Positions 15,986-29,719 of a stretch of DNA of 124,000 bases are shown here, in pieces (within the stretch, counting starts at the first letter, position 1; each line of letters begins with the position of its first letter). The stretch is from Octopus vulgaris (Eukaryota). The DNA lies in NCBI GenBank assembly GCA_951406725.2, contig OX597821.1:102196001-102320000 (forward strand), written 5' to 3'. The translations under genes were made by a program, and so were the position numbers. Under the pieces are notes generated by a model. The model had not been told where the DNA came from. It made no database searches and was given only the letters and a program-made list of their open reading frames with translations.

Positions 15986-18000
15986 AAAGATTTAACATAA
16001 ACACAATAATTGGAAAATTTTATAAAACCATAAAAAACAAAATTAATAGTTAATTCCTCACCATACCTGGTTAGAGAGAGAGAGAGAGAGGCTTATTAAA
16101 CAAATACCTATCTAGCTAGCTAGATATTTGTTTAAGAAATTGATTGGTAAATTACTAGTAATTGAATAAAATGAAAATCAGTCTGCTCAGTTTATGTCGG
16201 TCCTTAGGAATTGTGGGTTTAAAAATAGTCTCTGCTGGCAGTTAACCCTTTTGATACCAACTCACCTAAGACTCTCTCAGTCTTTATGATGCAAACTTTG
16301 TGTTTTAAAGTGATCCATCCATCTGTTATTACATCCATCCATTCATCTCTGTCCACTATTCTTGAGAGGGTCATGGTAGTAGAGTCCTCAGGCAATTCTT
16401 TCATAGGGTCCTATCAGAAGCAGCTATTCTTATTCTTTCTTGCTGGATTCCTAGACATGACCAACGAAGGCTATGAATATTATCCAATCATCTCACCCTT
16501 GCTCTGCTCCCAGCCTCCTGCCATTTGGCTCGGATTGAACAATCTGTCTTACAATCCTTTCCTGTGACCACCATCATAATCATTTAACATCCGTTTTCCA
16601 TGCTGGCATGGTTGGGACACTTTGACAAGAGCTAGTCAACCAGAGAGCTGCACCAAGCTCCTGTTGTCTGTTTTGGCATGGTTTCTATGGCTGGATGCCC
16701 TTCCTAATGCCAACCACTTTACAGAGTGTGCTGGGTGCTTTTTATGTGATACCAGCATTTGTGAGCTCACAAGACAAGGACTTCTTGGCTGAGAGAGGGA
16801 TAGCCAAAAGTACAAGAATAGTACACAACATAAAAACACAAGACTGAAAATTAAACACTGTAAGGTTGTTTGTGGTTCTTTATTTTATTTTGTTTTGTAT
16901 CTAGGTTTTTTTTTTTGCTGTTTTGTTTATATTGTTGGTCTGTGACAGCTGTAGCTGACTTTTCACTGTTGTTGCTATTCTAGTCTTCCATACTTAACTG
17001 TAGCATTGAAACTGTCCCATTCTTCTTGTAAGAGTCTCTGCTTATATTTCCTTCTACTCTGCCATTTCTTGTAATTCAAAATGCCCAAAGGAATAATTAT
17101 CCACTGCCACAACACTGATAATGCATTAACCCACCACCACCACCACCAAAACAACAACAAACTATCACACTATTACCACCACCACCACAACTACAAAGAC
17201 AACAAACTACCACACTACTATCACCATTACCATAACCACAAATTACCACCACCAACAGCAACACAACTTTCACCCTCCATCACCAACACCCTGTCAACAC
17301 AACTCACCACCGTCACCTCCACCACCATTGCCATCAACACCACCACCACTAAATTACATTGTAGTATTCCTTGTAATAATGGAAAGCAATAGTAAACAAG
17401 ATAGGTAAGCATGCACACACACACACACACACTTTCACTCACACACTTATACACAATTACACTCAAGGAAAACAACAGCAGCAGCAGCAATAACAACAAT
17501 AAAGAAAATAGGAACAACTTAATCAACATTAAACTCAAAAACATTAAACATTTGTGTTTGTATACATGTGGTGAGGCCACCACATTTAGATGTATGAGCC
17601 CTGTGATATTACAGCTACTGTTGCATCAACAACAACAACATTTTATTCTGTTATTGCAACAAGGGTGACAGATGAGAGGACTTAACTAATACTAACAATA
17701 ATAATAACAACAACACCAAAACAAACCACAGACATTCTCAAGGCACACAGAACTGCAACTGGTAGAACAGTGAAAGCACACAATAACAATAGAACTACTG
17801 AGACAAAAAACAGTAACAACACCTACAACAATAATAATAATAATTGCTGCCAAGCTTGTATTTCTCATTGGATACTGGATGCATTAACTGGGCAATATTG
17901 TTTTTATTAAAGTTTTTTTAAAAAAGTACAAGAGAGAAGAGTGAGAAAGAAAGAGGAAAAATAAAAGAAAAAAAAACACTTGGAAGAGGTAAAAACAGAA

Positions 18001-18531
18001 ATGTCTTACATTGACAAAGTGGATAACTGGGATGTTACAAGCGTTAGGAAAGAGACGGACAGTGTTATTACTTCTGAAAGATCAAAAAAACGAAGTAAGC
18101 ACAGTAGATCAAAAAAATCCGTCACAAACTCAACATACACACACAATTTTGAACCACCGCCACCACCTTCATCATCAGACTTCCATTTTCAGAACCCTCA
18201 ACTGCCTGAGGTGGAATCAACTTCTAACCATTCTTATAGACCGAATAATGAAAAGCAGCTAAACAATAAAGATAAGAAGAATTTTGGCAACTCTGCTATA
18301 CAGAAACCCAATCTGAGTACTTTTAAATCTCCACCTTCAACACCACCACCTTCCAAATCAGAAAGGGTTAACTCTGCAAATCCTTATATTGTACCTGTGG
18401 AAACCTCCGTTCGTTCGCAACCTGTAGCAATACAAACAAGGTGTGAAACTTCTGAAAATCAAGGATGGGCAAAGCAAAAATACAAGAAGTGTGTGGAAAA
18501 AGTAACCGAAAACCCTTTCCGGATTAGCAAG
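18001..18531 (+). CDS. Orphan gene exon 1: Ser/Pro/Lys-rich N-terminal region of a predicted tail-anchored membrane protein
   Basis: Non-repetitive 177-codon open frame from ATG 18001 (MSYIDKVDNW...PFRISK), ending at an AAG|GTTTGC phase-0 donor. Confidence 0.8.
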
Positions 18532-19242
18532 GTTTGCTCTTTTTTATAATTGTATTTTGTACAGGACAAAGGTCAGGATTGTGGGTTCCATACCATTCTG
18601 AAAATATACATGTTTAGGTATGGTTGTATGGTTAACAGACTTGCTTTTTAAACATGGTTTCAAGTTCAGCCCCACAGTGCGACACCTGGGGCATCTTCTA
18701 CTATGGCTCTGGGTTAACCAACGGCTTGTGAGTGAATTTCATATATATGTAAGTGGGTGTGTGTTCCTGTCTGCTTGCAACTGCCCCCCGCTCCCCATTT
18801 GACAACCAGCATGTTTCCTTCCCCATAACTTAGTGGTTCAGCAAAAGAGGCAGATAGAGTAAGTACCGGATTTTTAAAAAAGCAAAAAAAAAAAAAAAAT
18901 GCAGAAGTACTGGGGGTGATTTGTTTGACTAAAACCCTTCAAGATGGTGCCCCAGCATGGCCACAGTCTAATGATTGATAAGTGAAATAAAGAAAAGGTT
19001 GTCATCAGATAACACAATTAAGTGCACTCTTTGTTAAGATCTATTTTTAAAAAATCATTACTTTATCCTCTTTGACTCTTTGATAGGCATGGCCGTGTGG
19101 TAAGAAGTTTGCTTCCCAGCCACATGGTTCCAGGTTCAGTTCCACTGTATTTGGGCAAGTGTCTTCAAAAATAGCCTCAGGCTGACCAAAGCTTTATGAG
19201 TGGATTTGATAGACAGAAACACAGAAAGTGAAAGAAGCCTGT

Positions 19243-19291
<49 letters not shown>

Positions 19292-19877
19292 ATGTGTGTG
19301 TGTGTATGTAATATATATGTGTGTGTGTGTGTGTATGTAATATATATGTGTGTGTGTGTGTGTATTTATGTGTCTCTTTGTATTTGTCTCCTACCACTGC
19401 TTGACAACTGGTGCTGGTATGTTTACATCTCTGTAACATAGCAGTTCAGTAAAAGAGACCAATAGAATAAGTACTAGGCTTTAAAAATAAATCCTGGATT
19501 GATTCATTCAACTAAAAGCCCTCCAAGGTGGTGCCCCAGCATGGTCACAGTCAAATGACTAAAATAAGTAAAACATAAAAGATACCAAGCTCACCTAAGT
19601 CTACCTTTGATTCCATGATACAAAACTGACCAAAATACCAGCTTTAACTCTTTAGCATTCAGCTCATTCTATCAAATGGTGTGTTTAATCATTCATATTC
19701 ATCATCATTATATAGGTGCAGGAGTGGCTGTGTGGTAAGTAGCTTGCTTACCAACCACATGGTTCTAGGTTCAGTCCCACTACGTGGCACCTTGGGCAAG
19801 TGTCTTCTAATATAGCCTCAGGCCAACCAAAGCCTTGTGAGTAGATTTGGTAGATGGAAACTGAAAGAAGCCCATCG

Positions 19878-19910
<33 letters not shown>

Positions 19911-20644
19911 ATACATTTGTGTGTCTGTGTTTGTCCCCCCCAACATCGCTTGACAACCGATGCTGGTGTGTTTACGTCCCCGTAACTTAGCAGTATGGCA
20001 AAAGAGACTGATACAAAGAATAAGACCTGGGGTCAATTTGCTCAACTAAAGGTTCCAGCATGGAAACAAGTAAAAGAGTTCCATTTGCTTCAGACTTATC
20101 TCTAATTCTAGTGAAAATAAAGTTTTATAGGTGGATCTGTTTGAAACTCTCTCCTAAACTACCTTTGCACTTTGACTGCTTTTTCACCCTTCCAGTAACA
20201 CTGTAGGATAAATTTCCATTGTTCAAAGCTTACCCTGACTTCTTTCTATTTCTATTGGGTTAAACCTAAAAGGAAATAATAATTGAGTTATCAGCTGTTC
20301 AAGTGTGTATATATGGGTGTTTGTGATAACCTTCTACACATCTTCTGCCTATCAAATTTACTCACAAGGCAATTTGTGGCTATAGTATAGGGTATTTTCT
20401 GAAGGTGCTTCATAGTAGGACTGAACCTGAAATCATGTGGTTGTGAAGTCAACTTCTTAACCACACAACCATATAAATAACACACACACACACACACACA
20501 AAGATGCATTAATTATATAATTTAATTATATATGCAATTAAAAATCTAGGATGTAAATACCTTGGTGTACATGTATGTATGTGTTATTTGTTAGCACATT
20601 TATATGCATATCTTAATATTTTTCTTTCTCTCTTTCTGTTACAG

Positions 20645-20770
20645 GATTGCTGCAGTGACTGGATGAAACATTGGTGGTGGGTAGTTTTACTGTTGTTACT
20701 GAGTGTTATTGGAATCATCATTGGAACCATTCTGGCTCTAGTTCCTTTAAGGTCCAACCATGAAGATTAA
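20645..20770 (+). CDS. Orphan gene exon 2 (terminal): CC motif, transmembrane helix and short tail
   Basis: Polypyrimidine tract plus TTACAG|GAT acceptor in phase 0; DCCSDWMKHWWWVVLLLLLSVIGIIIGTILALVPLRSNHED*; AATAAA at 20784-20789. Confidence 0.8.
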   Translation, partial: DCCSDWMKHWWWVVLLLLLSVIGIIIGTILALVPLRSNHED

Positions 20771-22657
20771 TGCCTTCATTGCAAATAAATGGATAAAGAA
20801 GAGGTTGATAGTGTAAGTGAAACTAAATCAAATATATGTATTAAAAATATTCTTTTGAAAATTTGTCACTGAAAAATATCCAAAAATATCACATAATCAC
20901 TACAACATTTTATATTTGTCCAGGTACTTGTATACACACACACACACATTCGCTTTTTTTGCAGCTTGAGTAACCATATATCTTCTCTATAGCAAGACAC
21001 CTTTCCTATACTTTAACCTCTCATCACCTATTATAAAGTCACTTCCCCCAGAATACACTCCACTCATCTGAGGCGGCTTATCTTGCCAGTTAATTGGTGA
21101 CCTCATGTGTTTTCTCAGTATGCTCTGTAAAATGGTTGGTGATATGAAGAACATCCAGCTGTAAGAACCATATGAAAGCAGACAGTTGTTTGGCAGTCCT
21201 CTGACTTGTCAGCACCTGTTAAACCATCCAACCCATGCTAGCATTGAAACCAAACATTAAATAATGGTGAAAATAATGTTGATGATGTGTGTGTGTGTCT
21301 GTGTGCACCTCCTCATCTTTTTACATCTATTTTTCATGCTGGCATGATACACATAGATTGTCAACATCCAAAGCAGTTCTTATTCAGAGTTACTCCTTGC
21401 AAAACAGGTCAGAAACCACACCTTGCTTATACACTTCATTTTGGCTAGAAGCCTTTCCTATCACCAATTGCTTTACAATGTGCTCAAGGTGCAGTTTTTG
21501 GTGGCACATTACATAAGCGATGAAAATTTTATCACTGGCATCTTGTCTCATCAAAATAAAAGATGATGTTCATGAAAGTGGCAGGTATTTTTTCTAGCAC
21601 CTCATTCTTGCAATCACCCACAGTAATGCTTGAGTGTTTAGGGTTGCTTTAAAATTTTTTAGAGAGAATTACCAGTGTACTTGTGCATAACTGAGAGTGA
21701 GTGTATGCTCTTTTGACCAATTTTTATTGTTCTTCTAGGAACGTAATAATTTTTTGTTTTGAAAACTATGAAGCCGAGTATTATTTATTGGTAAATTAAG
21801 AAAAAAAATACTGGTTGTGAATCACTGCGTTCTCTGTTCAAATTTCCCAGTTGATTTTCCAATGTGCTTTTGTGACATTCTTACAATAAGTAACAAAACT
21901 ACCAGACTGTTGATTCAATCAAATATTCTTCTTCTTTAAAAATGATGTTGACCATTTTTTTTTTCAACGCTAGAAATATTTTTCATTGAAAAAAAATTGA
22001 TCTATTTCATTCTTATATATAAATCGGACTATAAAACTGCAATAACAAGAAAATATGGAGGGGAAACAATGCAATGTCTCAGAAATGATATAAGGGAGAT
22101 AATTTTATCTAAAGAGTTCGATGATGGGAGATAATATTTCATAGTAATGGCATAGGAATTGTTAGCTTCAAAGGTGATAAAGACAAATAGAATGTATTAT
22201 TATTGCACCGGTTTTGTTGAGTTATTCACCAGCATGTTACCATATATCAACTTTTGTATATCATTGAACTGACGCTGGCTATTACCACCTGTTGTTGACA
22301 GCTGCTAAATTAATAAACATAGGTTCTCAAGAATGTAGTTTGAGTTCAAATTTCAATAAAAGTTGATCTTGCCCTGTCTTACTGTGAAGTCCATAAAGTA
22401 AATTATTATACAGGCTGAAGAGACATATGATCAATGATGTTCAAGCCGTAATCATCTTGTCTCTGTTTTAGTCAGGAGCTGGACAAAACTGCCGTGAGAA
22501 CCCTCTCCATTAAAGTAGAAATAAGGATAAGAGTCCCTTAGTTCAAATGTGTGCTGCATGTTCTGTTTGTTGAGAGCTGAACATGCTATTCATATGAGGT
22601 CTCATGACAGCATTTATTAATTAACGAGGTAGCCTTCTTCTGTAAAGTGGTTTCAAC

Positions 22658-22699
<42 letters not shown>

Positions 22700-22759
22700 A
22701 CTCATGTAATATTTTGTCTGGGTTTTCACATTTTGGGTTCATTGGGAATACATGAAAGA

Positions 22760-23900
22760 GTCATACCCAATGACTAGTGTAGCAGCATCATAGCCAAATG
22801 CTACAAAGGTAAAGGTGATGCCTAAGATACAAATAATTACAGAGGTATCAAGTTATTGGATCAGGTGATGACAGTCATGGAGAGGGTCATAGCCCAACTA
22901 ATTAGGGAGAGAGTTAGTTTAGATGAGATGCAGTCTGGTTTAAACTAAGGAGAAGCACCACTGATGCTATATTTCTGGTAAGACAGCTGCAGGAGAAATA
23001 CCTAGCCAAACATAAAAATTTCTGTACTTGGCTTTCGTTGACATGGAGAAAGCCTTTGACAGGGTCCCCCAATCCTTATCTGGTGGTCAAAGTGGAAACT
23101 AGGAATAGATGAGTGGTGAGTGAGAGCTGTACAAGCGATGTACAGGGATGCTGTCAGTAAGGTGAGGGTTGGCAACAAATATAGTGAAGAATTTCGGGTA
23201 GAAGTAGAGGTTCACCAAGGTATAGTTCTCAGCCCCCTCTTATTCATCATAGTCCTCCAGGCAATAACAGAGGAATTCAAAACAGGATGCCCCTGGGAGC
23301 TCCTCTATGCTGATGACCTTGCTTTAATAGCTGAGTCACTATCAGAACTAGAGAAGTTTCAGGTGTGGAAGCAAGGTCTAGAATCGAAAGGCCTTAGAGT
23401 TAAACTAGCAAAAACCAAAGTCTTAATAAGTAGGAAGGCAGACAAAGGACCTTTTGCTTGGAGTGAAATGTAGACTATATGATGCATGTGTGTTGACAGC
23501 CATGCTACACAGCAGTGAAACATGGGCTGTGACTGCTGAGGACATGTGTAAGCTTGCAAGAAATGAAGCTAGTATACTCTGCTGGATGTGTAATGTCAGT
23601 GTGCATACATGACAGAGTGTAAGTGTCCCGAGAGAAAAGTTGGACATAAGAAGGATCGGATGTGGTGTGCAAGAGAGACGACCGTGCTGGTATGGTCATG
23701 TGTTGCATATGGGTGACAGCTGTGTGGAAAAGTATCAAACCCTAAGAGTGGAGGGAACCTGTGGAAGAGGTAGACTCAGCAAGACTTGGGATGAGGTGGT
23801 GAAGCATGACCTTCGAACGTTGGGCCTCACAGAGGCAATGACAAGTGACCAAGACCTTTGGAGATATGCTGTGTTTGAGAAGACTTGGCAAGCCAAGTGA
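22760..23900 (+). mobile_element. RTE-clade LINE, 5'-truncated and frameshifted
   Basis: RT motifs VHQGIVLSPLLF and LLYADDL; C-terminal WYGHVLHM and GRGRLSKTWDEVV. Confidence 0.92.
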
Positions 23901-26900
23901 GACCATAACCATGGCCTATGCCAGTGTCCCACTACCAGCCCATTTAAGAGGACTCTTCAATTACTGGGCAATAAACTGAGCTTGAGAAGACCTGTTGAGT
24001 CAAATAAAATCATTGTCGTGGCTGATGCCAGCACCACCTGACTGGCACCTGTGTCAGTGGTACATAAAAAGTAACATTTGAGCGTGGTTGATGTCAGTCC
24101 CAATGGACTGGCTTCCATGCCGGTGGCACATAAAAAGCACCATACAAACATGGTCGATGCCAATGCCACCTGACTGGTCCCATGCTGGTGGCATGTAAAA
24201 AGCATCATTCAAGTGTGGTCATTGCCAGTTCCGCCTGACTGGCTCCTGTGCCAGTTGCATGTAAAAAGCACCGTTCAAGTGTAATCGATGCCAGTACTGC
24301 CTGACTGGCCCTTGTGCTGTTGACATGTAAAAAGCACCCATTACACTGTTGGAGTGGTTGGCATTAGGAAGGGCATCCAGCTGTAGAAACCATGCCAGAT
24401 CAGATTGGAGCCTGGTGCAGCCACCTGGTTTGCAAGTCCTCATCCAACCCATGCCAATATGGAAAGCAATGTTAAATGATGATAATGATGTCATTTTCCT
24501 TGTTTGTTAATATCAGTAAATTTGGGCATTGCCATCAAGTTTATGACAAGGAAGAGATTGGTTAAAATATAATAGAATCCATGTGATATATTGTTTGCCT
24601 GGGATTCACATTACAAATGATGGTTGTGCATGTAAGCTGAAGCATTAGCGAAAGTTTTCTGAAGTGCTGTTAGATTGGTTGTTTTGTGACTTTGGATGTT
24701 AGTATTTCAGAAGTTTACTCCAGAATTCCTTGAAGAGTCAATCCTATCTTTTGCAGTAGACTGACAACTCCAAGTATGTTTCGATCTTATTAGACCTCAT
24801 TAAAAAAAAAACATAGTTTATTTTTATTATCAAATTTTAGACTGACTAGATAAGATGTGAGATTTTTCTGAATGGATAGTGAATGACATGATTACTATGT
24901 AATTGTGAACATGTTAATAGTGAATAAAAGTGTCACTTTCATTTGAATTCCTTTTTGGTAAACAGTAACTTAGTGGTTTGGTCAAAGTGACCAATAGAAT
25001 AAGTACTAGACTAAAAAAAAAAAGGACTGGGGTTGATTCATTCGACTAAAAATTCTTCATGGCAGCGCTGCAGCATGGCCATGGTCGAATGACTGAAGCA
25101 TGAAAAAGATAAAAGACGTTAAGAATTTTTACTAAAACTGCATGGACGAAATTTGGGATAGAAGGCTACCAGAGGAATAGCATTTAAAATTCATAAGACG
25201 AGTCTTGTCACACAGAGAATCACACTGATTCTGGCTGAGTATTAGGTGAAAGATACCTGTATTTGTAGATTATCCAGCCACTAATGCTGTTAAGTTTCAT
25301 TGATCAACCAAGTGGTATACTTTTTCATAATCAAAATCGATAGAATAGCTACAAAGTTATTATTTGCGAGAACATTAATTTGGGTTAAAAATCAAGCTAA
25401 CGTGAATGGGGATTCTGCATCAAGTCTTTTTGGACTCTACTTAGCTCATGCTGTATCCTAGTTAGGTGCAAAACACAAAACATTCTATAACAGAAAATGG
25501 TGTAATGTTACAAATATTGATATCGTACAGCAGGTGTGGTTTCATTTATAAGAAATTAGATGAATAAATTGAAAATTAATTTCTAAAATATATATATATA
25601 TAAAAGTTAATAGAAGCGTCACATTCATTTTAATTTCTTTTTGATAAACAGTAAAAATGTAATTTACTAAAATTATGGATTTGGTGCTTTTCTACACGAT
25701 AGTCAAAGGGAGATAAATCCTTACAGTAACAAATTCTATTGCACAGCAAATATTGAAATTGTCAGATTATTTTATCCGAGATATTGCACCGCTGCAGTCA
25801 TTAACCACATAACCAAGCAAACTCTTCTGATTCAGCAAACTTATCGAATCATTCCAGCCGTGACCATCTCGTTATATCAAGGGGTACATTGTCCAATACC
25901 TCTTTCTTAAGGATGGCAGAGTAGATTTTAAGCAAATTTGGTTGCTAATTCTATTGAGTTGAATGACCACATAGAAGCTTTCTTGTTGTTGATCCTTCTT
26001 CAATAACTGTTGATGGTTTGTTTTCTCTTTTGCTTGGAAAAGGAGTTATTTGAATACTGGTACCATTTTAGTATGTGGAAGTCGCTGAAGTTTCAAGTCT
26101 GCTAGTTTAAATTTATTTTGATGTTATTAAGTTGGTCCCTGAAATAAGGTCCCATCTTTTATTTTCCAAGTAAAATTTTTGTCAAAATTAATATTAAAAA
26201 AATAGAAATAACAAAGTAATTAAAATAATGGTTTAAAATTTTGGCATAAGCCAGCAAGTTTGATGGAAGGGAATAAGTTGATTACATTAACCCATGTACT
26301 TGACTGGTACTTTGCTTTTCATCCTTCGGAAGTCAATAAAATAATGTCGACCAAAGTTGAATTTGAACTCAAAATGGAAAGAGCTGGATGAAATGTTTTG
26401 CTGCATTTTGTCTGACACACTAATGATTCTGCCAGCTTGCTGCTTTAAGAAGGAAAAAAATGTATCATATTTATCCTCAATTAACATTCATCTTTCCCAC
26501 CAGCCAGGGTTGGATGATTTGGCGGGATCCATTGAGCTGGACTGTATTGAGCTCCAATGCCTGCTTTGACATGGTTTGGATACCCTTCCAAACACCAACC
26601 ACTTTACAAAATGTACTGAGTGCTTCTTCCATGATACCAGCACTACAAGGTGACTAGGTAACTAACAAGACAAAGAAAAGATGCTTGACTAAGTAGGGTT
26701 GTAGCAAAGAGGGTGATGGCTTTATACCTTGCTACAGAAGAAATACATGGCTTCTCTGCAGTATATAAGGGCATGCGGGTCTAGCTATAAAGAAGACAAT
26801 ACTGGTGAGGATGAGGCGTCAGAGCATAATCTCAAAGCACAAGAAAGTGATTAGAGAGAATACAGACAAATAATCTTAGATGAATTCATTCAAGTATGAA

Positions 26901-29257
26901 AGGAGAGTAACAGACGGTTAGAGATGGGTGTTGAAGTGAATGGAATAAGGGAGGTGTCGTCAATGGTATGTATCAGTGTGAGGGGGAGACGAAAGAATAG
27001 GAATGGCTCAAGGAGATGATAAATTGCAGTACAAGAAAGGAAGATAGCAGCAACATAATAAACTTATGCACAGTACTTAACCTATTAACACTAGTCCAAG
27101 GGAAATAACTCTTTCATCCATTAATATCAGTTCATGGGAAATAACTCTTTCTCAATATTTTTCAATATCAATATACCACCACCACCTGTCTGTCTGTCTC
27201 TCAATAGAACTGCTACCCCCGCTATCTCTTTCTATCTATTTTTCTCTTCAGCTAACTTTTTAACCACGTAATAAGTATTCCTTCCCCTTTTTCTGTCATT
27301 CTTCTCTTCTACCCTCAGCTGACCACGTGATGCATTTGGCCTAAATGTATTAATATTAATCAGCTTTCTCTACTTCCTCTCTCCTTTCTTCACTCCCTCT
27401 CTCTCTACCTCTGCAATTAACTAATGTATAACTGGCAAATGAACATGCAGATTATTATATATACAGATTATAATATATATATATACAAATTTTTTTCTTT
27501 CTTTTTCAGTAACAAAGAAAAGAGAGAAAGCAATTTTGTTTTCTTCTGCATCGACCAAAACTAAAGACAAATTTTTGCAACAATGTATTTCCCCACCAAA
27601 ACAGGACACCTTTAAAATACACATTTTCTTCTTTTCACCATTTACTTTATATATATAACAACTTGTAAAGTTTATTCAATGCCAATTTTTAAATCCTTCT
27701 GTCCAACCAGAAGACATCATAAACAGAGTTCATCAACAATCTACAGAAGACTTCTGCGAAAAACCATAATTTGATCTAATAATATAATTAATCAATCATT
27801 TACTAACAAACATTTATTAAGTATGCAATGCACTATCATTATTCTGTCTAATTTGTACACTAAGCACCAACTAGCTTATCATCTAGTTGTGCTTAATTTA
27901 ATAAACTCTAAAACATGACTGTGTGACTAGAATGTTTGTTCTGTAAGTACATGGATCCAGATGTGATCTTAGTGTGCAACTGTCTCTTATCTTGCCTTGA
28001 TATTCTCGTATGGAACTTGATAGAAGGAAACTGTGTAGAAACCTGATGTATGTATATATAAATATATACACATTCAGACATATACAGCACATATACATCT
28101 TTTCACTTCAAGCCTAGTTCCATTTTCTTCTTTCAGTTATTTTTATTCTTTTAAAGTCCACTCACTCTCCTACTTCACATCTCAATACCATACACACATT
28201 TCTCTCCCTATCATTTGTCTACTCTCAATATATCTTTTATTTTATCACTTTACCTCTCTAATTCCCATTTCCTGTTTGCATTTCTATATATTTCAGCATC
28301 TGCTTTCATGACTTCCTTTCTCACTTGCTGGCCTCTTCACCCCTCCACTCACCACACACTTAGTCAATCTTCCACCTATCTATTTATCTCTCTCAGGACA
28401 GTCTTCGTCCCACCACCATATCAGAAAGGGAGGAAACCAACAAAAAAAAACACACATTTGGCATTTTATATTTTAAGCTATACATGTTTTTATGTATGTG
28501 AATCTGTACCTGTATTCATGTTTACACACCAATTGTTATTGTGTTCCTTTAAAGTTTATGAATTAGTAATTTGGTTAATAGAAATTGTTAAAATAACAAC
28601 CAGACTAGAATATGTAATAGGGTCAGTATGATGGACTTGTCAGTACTCAAGCATGGCTGCAGTCCAAATACTGAAACTTGTAACTAACTTTTTAAAACTG
28701 TTTTGTATTTGCCTTTTATATATTTTACAATTTATTTGAATAAATTATTTAAAAATTAATTAAATTTTATGTTAATATTGTTATTTATTTTAAGCAAATA
28801 TATAAGGATATATTCTTAAATGAAGTGTGTGTGGCTTGGTGGTTCGGGTGTTGCACTCATAATTGCAAAATTGTGGTTTCAATTCCTGGACCAGGGAGTG
28901 TGTTGTGTTGTGTTCTTGAGCAAAACACTTCATTTCACATTACTCCACTGTAAACGAATTACCCTGCAATGGATTGGCATCCTATTTAAAGGGAATGTCA
29001 TGATTTTGGTCAATTATACACTTTAGACCCAGTGGGGTGGCATCAGTTGAAAGCTACAACATGAAGAAGCACATTATGACTAGTGGTGGATAATAATGAT
29101 ATTCTTATGTATTTAGTCTCCCTGTGAGCAATATCAAATATAAATAAACTAAAATAAATTGTTGTCAAAATAAAAAGCCAATGGAAAAAAAAAGAAGAGT
29201 AAAGGAAAAAAAATTATAAAGAGTTGTTTTTTAATTAAATATTTTACTTTATTTTTT

Positions 29258-29719
29258 TTACCAAAATATCTCATATTTTTCTTGAATGTTTTTAATATTC
29301 CTAGAGAGAGATTCTTTTATTTGTGATTCTTTTAGAACAGTGAGAAGATCAAACATTGAGTCCAAAAGATGACACACAAAAGAGGCACTTATCTTAGAAT
29401 CATTCACTGATATTAAATTCATTGATATTTCTTGTAAATCTTCTTTGTTGCCTGAAGTTTTCAAATTTTCTAGATTGTTTGTTTTCGTTTGGAAATGAAT
29501 ACCACCAGATTCCAGTTTCAATGTTTGATCAAAGTAAAGAGATGCATAGGAGTTTAAAAATGATGTGGTTTCAACAAGATATAGCAATACGGTTTCACTG
29601 TTAAACCATGGCAGAAACTTAAGGATCAAAACTAAATTTGAAAATGTCTGGGATATCACCAAAATGGCGAACAACACATTTGTAGTTTGGTTGAGAACAT
29701 TTTCTGAAAGAATTAGTTT
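29258..29719 (-). CDS. GEMIN4: GEMIN4 exon 15 (terminal)
   Basis: TTCCAG|AAA acceptor in frame with the 139-aa ORF; ends ...QEKYEIFW*; AATAAA immediately after the stop. Confidence 0.85.
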   Translation of the reverse strand, partial: KLILSENVLNQTTNVLFAILVISQTFSNLVLILKFLPWFNSETVLLYLVETTSFLNSYASLYFDQTLKLESGGIHFQTKTNNLENLKTSGNKEDLQEISMNLISVNDSKISASFVCHLLDSMFDLLTVLKESQIKESLSRNIKNIQEKYEIFW

